DNA of 64,000 nucleotides from Nemertoderma westbladi (taxonomy: Eukaryota > Animalia > Xenacoelomorpha). The position numbers and the translations under genes are program-made. Positions 12,880-24,900 of this stretch are shown piece after piece (within the stretch, counting starts at the first letter, position 1; each line of letters opens with the position of its first letter). The DNA is taken from positions 58,974 to 122,973 of the forward strand of contig JAUCBJ010002723.1 of the NCBI GenBank assembly GCA_032718475.1, in the 5' to 3' direction. The notes below the pieces were generated by a model. That model worked only from the letters and a program-made list of their open reading frames with translations. It did not search any database and was not told where the DNA came from.

Positions 12880-13934
12880 AATTAAATTCGAAGACGAACA
12901 TCTCGGTAATGTATTGTGGGTCTGCAGCTGGAACAATGCTCCCTCCTATGGTGGTATACAAGGCTGCCAATCTGTATGAAGGCTGGACTGAAGGTGGGCC
13001 TCCTGGGACTGCTTTTGTGACATCAGAAAGTGGGTGGTTCAACTCGCGAATGTTCGAGATGTTGTTTGAAAAGGTTTTCCTGCCACACGTAACAACATTA
13101 TCTGGTCCTAAATTGCTCCTGGGTGACAATTTTTCCTCACATTTTAATCCTCGGGTGGTCAAGTTGGCAGAGGATAATGATATAAAGTTCGTAATGCTGC
13201 CACCAAATGCCACAAATCTGATCCAGCCTCTCGATGTGGCAGTATTTGGTCCGATGAAGAGGGCATGGAGAGAGACTTTGCGATCCTGGAGGAGAGAGAG
13301 TAGGAAGCGTGGACCCTTTCCCAAGGAGCACTTTCCAACCATGCGTGGGCGACTTTGTGGTGCGACAGTGGGTAACATGAGCAAAAACCTCAGATCAGGC
13401 TTCAAGGCCTGTGGCATTCACCCACTGGATGAGAATGAGGTCCAGAAGAAGCTTCCACAAACGAAACTGAGGCTGTGACTTCGACAGCAGAAAGTTCAAC
13501 TGGTATACTCAATGACACCCTTATTGGGCTGCTCAGGGAGAATTGCGGAACTGACAGTCAAACATGCAAGAGGGGCAAGAAGATGCCTCGAGTGGTTGTA
13601 GGCAGAGCCCTTACACAGGAAGCCTTGACTAAAGAGCCACCAGTGAAGAAGAACAAGAAGTCAAGTAGAACATCAACTGCTGCGGTTCTCATAGACACGT
13701 TAGCTGCCTCCTCATCAACGTCTGTGATGTCTGCCTTGGCATCAACTTATGTGGCGTCTGCCTCGACATCAACGTCTGTCTCAACATCAACTTCTGTGAC
13801 AACCTCTGACGCGACATCTATTGTTGTGGACACCGCTGCAGCTTTAACAACAATCGCAAGGTCATTTAGAAAGGCACCAGTATCCTCGGAGATTGTGGAG
13901 GTCAACATGAATTTATGTGCATCATGTCTTCAGA
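12880..13934 (+). pseudogene. pogo/Tigger-like DDE_1 transposase remnant
   Basis: CGSAAGTMLPPMVVYK, SGWFN, LLLGDNFSSH, LPPNATNLIQPLDVAVFGPMK, SGFKACGIHP; frameshift near 13475; truncated by the LINE. Confidence 0.9.
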
Positions 13935-14923
13935 TACTACTACTACTACTACGATCGGCATGCTGCATTGCAGCTGCATTTTTAAGAATGCTGTGCCGGC
14001 TTATCGACAAAATCGCACCACCACAACTCCCTATCACCCATGACATTTGCTAGATCATCCGCATCTTCAAGGCCAGTGTCCTTTAAGATGCGTCTCAAGA
14101 AAGTCATGGGTTGTCCACCATGCTTATTCACTCCATGAGGCTGCCAAAGTACAAGATTATGCACTGGCTGGTCCTCACGGCGAAAGCAATGTCCTGCAAA
14201 GCGGAGCCGATTTTGTTCTAGTGTCAAGCTTGGGGGAACCAATGAGACACCTCCAATGTTATATAGTGTCTGGTTGGAGATGTGTGCATTGAACTTGACA
14301 CAATGAACCCGGCGTAGCATTCTTGTGAATGTGCCATCCAGAGATTTGGTGTCCTCAGCAGTTAGAGCCCAGCATGGACTCCCATAGAGGAGTACTGGAA
14401 CTACTGCTGCTCTAAATAACCGGACCTTAAGTTTCCGATTAATTCTCGGTGACTTCCAAATCCTGGAAAGCCTATTCAAGGCTGCCCATGCCTTTCCCTT
14501 ACGTATTCGAAGGTCCTCACCTGACTTCCGGATCCATGATCCCAGGTAACAGAAGTCATCCACATGCTCAAGCATACCATCTTTTGAGCTTATGCTCATC
14601 CGATCAGAGACTTGCTGAGAACTTTCAAAGTCAACTGTCAAAATTTTGGTCTTTCTGGAGTTAATAAAAAGACCAACACTAGAAGCAGCATGTTCTAATG
14701 AGCTGAGGAGCTGTTGGGCTCCCTCTAGTGATTCTGAGAGTACTCCTACGTCATCAGCAAAGTCTAGATCAGTTAGGTACTTGGCAGGATTTCCTCGACT
14801 TCTGGAGCCAGTAGGTGAAGTTATCATCACCCCATCATCATTATGATGATCTAAGGACATGCGTAGAACATAGTCAACAACAATTATGAACAAGAATGGT
14901 GCAAGTGTGTCTCCCGGCACTAC
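13935..14923 (-). mobile_element. 5'-truncated RTE-like LINE (copy 2), RT C-terminal half
   Basis: GDTLAPFLFIIVVDYVLR, LDFADD, YLGS, RLRFAGHC; short 3'UTR and (GTA)n tail at 13935-13952. Confidence 0.93.
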
Positions 14924-14939
14924 TATGTCTTGTACACAC

Positions 14940-16231
14940 CCCCCCCCACTTTTGTTATAGAACATATTTATTGTTCTAGAACACATTTATTATGTTCTAG
15001 AACAAAATTTATTTTGATAAAAAAAAATATTATTGTTCTAGAACAAATTTTTTTTCTAGAATTTATTTTTATTTTTCCAGTTTCTATAGTAATTATATAT
15101 TTCGAGAATATTTATGGAGGGATACATTTTCTTAATATTTAAAAATGTTATAGAAATAGTTATACTGTTGTAGCTACATCATATTTAGTTTTAGTTATGA
15201 GTGAAATTAATAAAAAAAGACATGTCAGCAAAAGAGCATCGTTTGCCAACCCCAATATTGAGGAAATATCTTATCATCTGAGAACAGAACTGAGCGCAAT
15301 TGAGTTTGCTCAGGAACTAGGGTTGATGCCAGTAAACAATGAGAATGTATTAAAGATATGTCAAGTAGAAGGGTGTGAAAGTCCAATGAACCTCAGAATT
15401 ATGGCTCGTACGAATCAGCCAGAGAGACTAATCTGGAGATGCAAGGGGAAGGGGAAGCATTACGTTTCTGCACGCACCGGCACCTGGTTTAAGGGGCATT
15501 TGCTTGTAAAGCAAATAATATGGATAGAGTATCTTTTTACAGCAGACATTACCTTCGCAAATACCCATCGCCTTATGGGAGGAATAATAGGTACCTGCGA
15601 CGAAGTGGTTGCCTATTGGCACAACTATACTAGGGAGTTGTTCTATGAAGACATGATGACGTCACCACTAATGGGAGGACCAGGAGAATCAGTCCAGATT
15701 GGTGAATCTCTATTTCGTGGGAGGAGAAAGTATAATAGGGGAAGAAAGCTTGAAGGGGACTACGGTTTGTCAAAAGGTTCCCAAGCGAACTATGGCAAGC
15801 GCATCGATGGGCCATGGATCTTTGGCATTGCATGGCAACGCAACGATAAAGTTGTAGACACTCGTCTATTCGTAGTAAAGAGACGGGACATGAGGACCTT
15901 ACGTCCCATTGTGGAGAGTAATGTGAAAGGAGGGTCAGTCATATATAGTGACGAGTGGGGGCATACTGCGGGAAAACTATAGGCATTCGTGGGAGTAGAG
16001 GTCCGTGGAGAGCAGTAGATGGAAGCGGTCAGTACAAACACAAAACGATTAACCATAGCAAGAGGGGAGCAGGGAGGTTTTACGATAAGAAAACAGGAGC
16101 AAACACCCAAAGGATAGAGAGTATCTGGAAACAGGCAAAGCAATTAATTATACGCAAACGAAGAGGTACAAAGATGCTGGCACACCACTTGGCAGAATAC
16201 AGATGGCGTTTACTACATAAAGAATCACCAT
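14940..16231 (+). mobile_element. Merlin (IS1016/ISXO2-like) DNA transposon, left part with transposase pseudogene 15197-16231
   Basis: CQVEGC..WRC..H..S.RTGTWF, GGPGESVQIGES (D>G), WIFG, IYSDEW, INHS, NTQRIESIW; frameshift ~15960; repeated palindrome TGTTCTAGAACA at the left end. Confidence 0.9.
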
Positions 16232-18133
16232 TATAGAATTATATTCTCATAAATACCGTGGATTTTCAAAATTTTATTTTGTTCGAATTAACTTTCTATA
16301 AAGATTACATTAAGTCCTCATTTGCATTTACTATATCTATTTGTATAACATTGGAAATTCGTTAGCGTTGGAAATTCGTGTAGTAGGTATCGAGTTCGAA
16401 TCCTAGTAAGTGTGAATTATTTTTTGTGCTGAGTTTCAACTCATTTAAATTAACCGCTACGAATTAAATTGCATTTGCTCAAGTTGATTAACCAATAAGA
16501 TTGCAGTTATTAGATAATAACCAATGTCGTGCAAGATACGTGTTCGCTGGACCAATGATTATCTTTAAAAACCTAGTAGAACCCATAGAACAATCTAGAT
16601 TTATCTCGATTGATTGCAGCACAAATTTGCTATAAAAGGTGCGATTTTGTTCATTAGTTATCTATCTTATCTTAGCATTATTCACTTCTATATCACATTA
16701 TACATTAGTATTATATTAGTATTAGTATTAGATAGTGACGTTATTTCACTCTTGTTACGTTTATTGTATATTAGTTTTGTAATAAAAGTTAGAAATACTT
16801 GTTACATCTGTTTTACTATGCTTCACCACGGTGAACCCAACTGAGGGACAGATGGCTGGCTAGACAGCGGACCGCGGCAATAGACGGGAACATCGGAGGA
16901 ATGTAGGAAGGAGACAACCCGCAATATCCATTCTTAGTTATTCGCCCATCGCCTGAAAGGTTAGACAGCGTTCGATGCCTTGCTACCTAAGTGTAAGACC
17001 TAAGATCGAAGGTAGAGGTAGTGACACGCTGTGTGCTAAAAAATTCCATCTAGGGACTGTACTGTCTTAATTCAGAGAAAAACCCGCAGTAGACCTTCAC
17101 ATTCCTACGGGGGGAGGAGGAGATCAGGCAGAACGATACTAGTACACAGATAGGACGCAGGCACACCAGTACAAGGCATACACATTGGTAGGGTGCAGCA
17201 AACTGTACGCCTAACTCTTGCTAAGTATAGGTGCGTCGGTGGCTGTTTGTAGTACAACGGTGTCCATTTGCGTTAGAACTTGTAGGCCAGGAAGGGTTAC
17301 TGTGTTTTACCTGAATTAGGATTGTACCGTTCAGGCGGTAGGGCAGTTTATTACTAGGCGCAAAATAAATTGAGGCTATTAGGGATACTAACATCTACCG
17401 TGTCCCCACCGACATTCTGTTAGGAAGTTGCCGTGCCCACCTAGGCAACCAAAATTCTAGATAGGACGCCAGGCTAGCTATTTGTAACTGTACGCCTACT
17501 GTAGTAAACTAACACATTTCTTCTTAGTATTAGGGACCTGGTAAATTAAATTGCCGAATTCTGGGCGTAGTATTAACCTTATGCCTGAATTTGAGTCCTG
17601 GAAATACACAAAAGGGGAAGGAGCCTTATCATTCGTGAGTATTGGACCTACAAGCTACAAAATTAGAATATTTGTAAAATGTACACCGGACCCAGTAATT
17701 ATATATGTGAAGGATCTAAAACCGATTTTGACCGTTAGAATCAAGACACACGCGCGTTAGAAATTATTTACACCTCAAAATATATAAAATAATTTTTGTC
17801 CGTACTGCGCTTTGCCCGCTAGTTAGACATTTCTGCACCTAGCTAGCGTCTCTCTATCCCAACCATATAAATCACACCGCGGCAAAGTATACGAGCGCCT
17901 TAGTCCGTCAGTGAGTCAGCCTGATTTTAGGATTCGCTGCGCGGGATTTTGTTTTATCGAAGTTTGTCCGTTCGTAGACTGTTTTCTGCCTCACCGGTTA
18001 TAAGAGACCGATACTGCAATATATATTCGCTTACTTAGAGTTTACTGTTTTGGTGAGAAGGTCGGATTATGTTTTGATTCACAAACTTTACAGTAGGATA
18101 TTGCAGGGTATTTTGTTACTGTCTCTTCAAATA
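16232..18133 (+). repeat. 5' LTR (1902 bp), TAT...ATA termini
   Basis: Direct repeat of 33074-34607; TATAAAA at 16631, AATAAA at 16781. Confidence 0.95.
16631..16786 (+). promoter_or_regulatory. LTR TATA box, initiator-like site and polyadenylation signal
   Basis: TATAAAA at 16631, TCATTAGTT about 20-30 nt downstream, AATAAA at 16781; same arrangement in the 3' LTR (AATAAA 33642). Confidence 0.55.
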
Positions 18134-18942
18134 GTAGGAATGTGTTTTACTGAACTACGGTTCAGTAGGACTAAAGTTATTTGAAAATTTTGTATTTTGA
18201 GGTAAAAAATTTGTATTTGATTGGCTAAGTGCTAATTTTTGAAATAAAAATTTTGATGAACCGCGTGTAAAATATTTGGAATTGAATACCGGTGTTTAAA
18301 AGGGTTTAAATACCATATTGTACCAGTACAAAATTTTCGTAAAAGTAAAACCTAACTCTTTTGTTTTTCAGGATTCAGAGCTCATTTCTAGACTGTAACG
18401 AGAGCAAGACCGTGTTTAGCAAGTTTGGGAGATAGATAACTCAACAACTTTGGTTGGGAAAATCGCACTTCGTCCGCAACGCTGGAAACGGAAAGGTTCA
18501 CATCCGGTTTGTATCTGGGAATCTGTTTTTCTGGAGAATCATTGGAGGGGGTGAGTTCAAAAGGTTGCATAAATCAGTTAGGCATTACCGTATATTAGTT
18601 AAAATTATTGTGGGTTCCACTGTCTCAAGTATTTATGCATTCCGTACGATTTCTTTGTTTATTGCTGAATTAGTCCGTTAATTATTTGTATAATCTACTT
18701 TTGATAACGTATATCGTTATCCGATTTATTTGTTGTAAAATTGGCCGCTAGGCTAATTTTATTATATACTTACTCCATGACATTTATTTGCTGTAAAATT
18801 GGCCGCTAGGCTAATTTTATCCATCTGCTATAAAATCGGCCGGTAGGCTAATTTTATATGACTGTAATTAATACCGTTTAGATATAAAATACGGTAAGTT
18901 TGATACATTGACACTCACTTTACTTGACTTACAACTGCCGAA

Positions 18943-21900
18943 ATGAGTGACAAACAGGATCATACGAAGAATACACCTACCGACTATGACTCATGTGACG
19001 CGGATAAGTCAGAAGCGGAAGAACCACAGGGGAAGACTCGCGAGCCTACTGAACCTACACCGTGCGCGTCACCAGTACATCCAACGGGAGTACCGGATGC
19101 CGTAGTACGAGGCGACGGCAGGACTGAGGATTTTCTAACAGTCCCGCAACCTAGACATAGAGAAACGGACATGGTAAGTTCAGTAGGAAGCCAGGAGAGC
19201 GTGGTTAGAAGCGTCGGAGGATACATGGCGCATATTACCAGGAGTATTGGAGAAGGCCAACGCATATTAGACGAGTTGACCGCTCCGATGTCTCGGTTCG
19301 AGTTCTACACCCTACAGGTTAGAGTACAGAGTAAAGTACATAAGTCCGTAGATAATCTAATTGGTCTACAAGATCTAGCTAGACAGAGACAGGATATGGA
19401 CACACAGTTTAGAATCCTCGAGAAATTAATGATCGCTAGGGAGAAACTGATTCAGTTTAAGACGACCGTTAGACAGATACAACAGGAACAAGCAGACCAG
19501 TTATTAGGTGAGTTGGTTTCTGACGAGTTATTGCAGCCCGAGGAAGAACAGGAACTGTACAGACTGGATGGACAATTGAAACATCTGACAGATCACTTAC
19601 GGCGGCGATGACGTCGGCGATTAGGAAACTGTGCCGGAATATACGAAGGAAACTTCACCCGTATAAATCGAACCGGCACCGGGAATACTGGATCAATCAT
19701 TGGTGAGTATTCGTAGCGAAATTGGCGAGGTAAGTATAGTGACGTCAGAGATTTCTCGACAGCAACAACAGTACTACAGACAACAACGAGAAATTGAGGA
19801 ACAAACTCAATTATTAACTGTACAAGCAGCTGTAGAGGAAGAGAAACTACGCGTCGCAAATGTCGCGAGGATTTCTCATTTACAAGAAGCAGCCGAACTG
19901 GAAGCGGCTGAGATGGAAAGGTTAGAGTTAGAAATAGCACGGCGAACAGCGGCAGCTGAGTTAGCGCAACGAGCGGCAGCAGCTGAGTTGGAACGACAAG
20001 CGGCAGCAGCTGAGTTGGAACGACGAGCAGCAGCAGCTGAGTTGGAGCGATGATCAGCAGAGTGGGAAGAACTCAAGCGAGTTTCGGAAGCGAGAGCTGA
20101 GTTGAAAAAACAACAGATAAAGGATCAATCAGCTATACGAGTAGTGGAGTTCGAGGCGCAACAACAACATACGGAACAACGCGAGAAGGAAGTTAAACTT
20201 CATTTCGAACTCGAAAAGAAGGCGAGGGAATTAGCCAACGCTAAGGAAGATCTGGATCTACAAGCCCGCGATCGATCGATGAGATCTCGAGACGGACACG
20301 ATCTAGACCGGATAGAGGTAAGACATCGTCAAATTCAGGAACGAATGAAGGAAGGAAGCGTAGGAGCACCTGAGCGAGAACGGGAATTGGTTAAAGACTT
20401 ATGTCAACGATTTCCTCAAGTAACTCCGATGTTCGCACCAATTACGAATAAAGGACCTGTTTTGATTGCTGGTAGTAGCAGTATATCTCCTATACACGAT
20501 GCAACGGAACACAGGTATGTTATTCCGGACAAGTTTGTACCGCCAAGAGCAACGTCATCGCCTATTCCGAGAGTCAAGGTAAGTAATCCGCCAATAACGG
20601 ATCGTAGTAGTTTGTTAGTCGGACCTACATTAATGACGACTAAACAGGTGAGTCAACCTTCGACACCTAAACCTGTGACACACTACGCAAACCCAATCGT
20701 ATTCAGGCCTTCAAGGCCGTTAGACTCAAACGCCATACGACCACAAATTCAGTTTACATCACAATCTACGACTTCGAGGAAGACCTGCGAGCCTACCGAA
20801 CAACGGAGACCAGTGGATACGCGACCGCTTAATCAGTTTACATCGCAATCTATGACTTCGAGGAAGACCTGCGAGCCCACCGAGCAACGGAGACCAGTGG
20901 ATACGCGACCGCTTAATCAGTTTACATCGCAATCTACGACTTCGAGGAAGACCTGTGAGCCTACCGAACAACGGAAACCAGTAGACGATGTTTCTAAACG
21001 GAATGTTAGAATTCGGACAACCCAACGGACGCGAGCACGTCGGCCACCGTATCCAGGTGATAGTAGTACTTCAAGCGAATCGGATTACCCGGAACGCGAG
21101 GTGTTTAGAACAGGAGCGGCCGATGAATGCAAACGCGAGCATTCAACTAATTCCTTTATAGACAATCCTCCACAAAATACACCAACACAGAAAGCGTTAC
21201 AACCAACGGACGCGATCAGTACACAACAATTCGCCGACATTTTGCGACCAGTTGTTAACAAGTTGGCCCAGATCGAGGAACGCTTAGAGGAAGTTCAAAC
21301 CGATAGTTCGAGAAATACCGAATTCGAACACAATAGAAACCCGAAGGATCCGCAAAGAGCGATACCTTCAAGAAACACCTCGTATCAAAGAAAAGCGCCA
21401 AGACGGGAGAACATCAACTCGATTGCCACCCAAGGACGCGAAACTTTGAACGTAGCCGAGGAGATAGCTAAATTTGCAGCCAGACAAGGACTACAGGTGC
21501 AACAACCACCTAAGTTTTCCGGTAACTCCAAACATTGGCACACATTCGTAGACTACATCGAATCTCAAATTGCTGCATGCGCTTTTACATCAAGGGAAAA
21601 GTTTAACTACCTGCTTCAAACATTGATGGGAGAACCCAAACGTTTAGCAGAGACTTTCGTTGGTGTACCAGATGCGTTCGAGTTAGCATACGATCGCTTA
21701 ACTTCAATCTACGGAGGTACAGTCAGCATGGCCAAGTCAGTGATAGAGGAACTCTGTAAGGGGGGGGGGGGGCTATTACTAAACCCGTCGACTTACTAAA
21801 ACTAGCTGACGAAATTAAGAACGCTATCACTACATTACGATCCATTGGACAACTCGATTACGGGAACACCCCTACAGTCCTATTAAAAATCATAGGGAGA

Positions 21901-24900
21901 CTACACCATCGACTTCGTCGGGAGTGGAGGAAGATCGAATATCAGCGAGAAGAAAGGGGTGGATTTTTGAAACTGGAGGATGTGTACCTATTAATATCTA
22001 GGGAAGCAGTGGTGGAGACTCGATCTAACTACACTGACCAACACATTGTAGCAGAAGGAATCACCTTACCATCATACAACCGACAAAAACCACCGACGAC
22101 ATCCACCAAGACGGCCACTTACGCCACACCGACAGAAACCCGACAATTTTCGGACGGTAGTAAAGTATCCGCACCTATTGGGATCAAACAGACCAGACAG
22201 CAACTGAGTGCAGACTTTAGCGGTTGCCAATACTGCGAGCAGTTAGGCAAGCGGCATACCAGTCACAAGTTAAGATGTTGTCGGCTATTTCGTGAGTTAA
22301 ACTCGGAAGAACGACGGCTACAGATCCGGCCATTGGATTCTTGTTGGCGGTGTACGCAACACGGACACGTTCGCAAAGATTGCCCAAATACGGACACCTG
22401 TCCATCCTGTGGACGCAACCATGACGGTTTGTTCCATACCGATAGTCATACGCCAACAAAACGCTTCACTAGGGAACACCCAGAAGCAGCAGCGAAATGC
22501 AATACCGCATATAAGAATCGAGAATCGAGAACAACACCAACTTTCGTGACGCATATTCGGGATTGTTTCCCAGAACAATCCGGGTCTTCTGATGAGGAAT
22601 TCGAGGACGACGACATGTGCTCAGATGGGGACGAGCAGCCGTCGATTGCGCTTCTGACGCCTGACCAACTCAAGGGATTTAGCGTAATTCCTGTCAAGAT
22701 TACTGGCACAAAAGGGAGCAAACGGATTTACGCTAATATAGATTCAGCCTCATCTCACAGCTATGTGGACGAGAAGGTAGCTGATGTCGTGACGGATCTC
22801 CGATAAGGTAAGAACGTCAAATACACTGTAAGTAGTATGCATGGACAACGTGCAATACCAGTGACACGAGTTAAGTTAAACTTAGACACTCTTCTTCCGA
22901 AATCGCAACATAGCGAAAGGGAGAGGTCTTTGTTACCCTTTAAGGATTTAACTTTTGCGGCCACTAAGGACTTTAGTAATCTACTGGGTCCAGTGCCAGA
23001 ACAATCCTTAGAGGACCGTAAGTATTTCAGACACCTTGGTGTACCTGAATGTCCTGTTAACTATAGATCAGTAGCAATGCTGATCGGGACAGATCAATTC
23101 AACTTACATTAAGTGTGGGAAACCAGACCATCGGTAGTCGTAGCAGGAAATGCATACGCCTGTCGAACTCCGATAGGTTGGTATACTCGAGCGCCTGTGC
23201 GCACACTAGATATAAGTGATGAGGAAGACGATGTACAAAGTACATGTAGTTTATTAACTACAACTTCAACTCATTCTTTTTCACACGACAAAGACTATAC
23301 TACACTACGTTCGACAAAACACAACAACGTTACAAGTACGATGTGTGTAGCGAGTACGATAAGTCACAAAGAGCAGCCAATCCACAAGGTTAGTGTAGTG
23401 ATTGAAAAGGAGCGGAGTCAGGCAGAGGATCCATCAACGATAGATTATAACGCCGGAAGGCTTGCGAGTCTACCTCAACCAATAACCTCAACAACGCCCG
23501 TCGATGAAGATGCGTTAAGAAATCATCAAGTGGAACAAGCCGCGCTAGACAAAGAATTAACAGAGAAAACTATCAGATGGTTGGAACAAGATACAGCCGA
23601 ACCTGGTAGTTACGAACCATGTATGTCGGAACAAGAGAAACAATCTTTAAAGATCATGGAAGATACTATCCGCCAGACGAAAGACGGACATTATGAGGTA
23701 GGGATGCTATGGCGTAACCAACGTCCTAAACTTATAAATAATTATCCGCTAGCCTTAAGATGTTTAAACTCAATACGACAACGGTTATTAAAGGATGAGA
23801 AAGCCCATCTGCAGTATAATACTCAGATGGAGACGTATTTTACAAAAGGATACGCTATCAAAATGACAAACCCAGAGATTGTAACAGACCAGACATACTA
23901 CTTGCCACATCACTACGTGAGACACCCCGACAAACCTGATAAAGTACGTGTGGTTAATGACTGCGCGGCTCTGTTTGAGGGAATGTCTCTCAATAGTGAG
24001 TTGATGGATGGACCAAACATGAATAATTATCTCATGGGGGTGATTATGCGCTTCCATCAGCGCCAAGTAGCATTTACTTGCGACGTCGAAGCCATGTTTC
24101 ACCAAGTGCGAGAGTTAGAGCGAGACAGAGACAGTTTGAGGTTCCTCTGGTACCCGGATGGAGACTTAAGTCAACCACCGGCGACTTACCAAATGCAAGT
24201 TCGTGTTTTCGGTGCCAGAGACAGCCCAAATTGTACTATGTACGCCCTAAAACAGACCGCTAGGGACCAGAAACATAAGTATGACCCAGAGGTAATCCAG
24301 ATCGTAGAACGAGATTTTTATGTGGACGATGGATTACAAAGTTGTGACACAGTAGAACGTGCTATAACAGTAGCACATCAATTACGGGACTGTTTAGCAG
24401 GCGGAGGTTTTAACCTCACCAAGTTTGCCTCAAACAGTGCCGAATTAGTAAATTCATTCGAAACGACTGAACGTGGGGGTGGTGACATTGACTTAGAGTT
24501 TGAACCACTACCAACGACCAAGGTGTTGGGACTATTTTGGGACCCGAACACAGACAACTTTCGAGTGAAAGTAAGACTGGACGCTCAAGGGGATTCTCTG
24601 ACAAAGAGGTCTTGCTTGTCGAAACTAAGTAGACTGTTCGATCCATTAGGTTTCATCAGCCCAATAATACTGCAAGCAAGAATATACATGCGCAGTATCT
24701 GGAAAGATGGACTGACATGGGACGAACCGATCTCATCAGAACAAGTGGACTTATGGAAGACTTGGGAGGCGCAATTATCTTCACTAGAGGATTATTCCAT
24801 ACCCCGGGTGTACTTTCCATTACAGACGACATTTCCTGACAACTTAGAATTACATTGTTTTTCCGACGCCAGTGACAACGGCTTTGGAGTGACAGCGTAT

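Noticed and set aside
16614-17760. Short LTR ORFs (76 aa, 69 aa) and their 3'-LTR twins
   Set aside because: TTG starts; identity is explained by LTR duplication; no coding signature.
16810-18133. Hammerhead or HDV ribozyme in U5
   Set aside because: No CUGANGA/GAAA core or convincing HDV pseudoknot seen by eye.
21760-21772. Programmed gag frameshift at the G-run
   Set aside because: It lies mid-gag; BEL/Pao usually have one ORF; homopolymer slippage or sequencing error is more likely.
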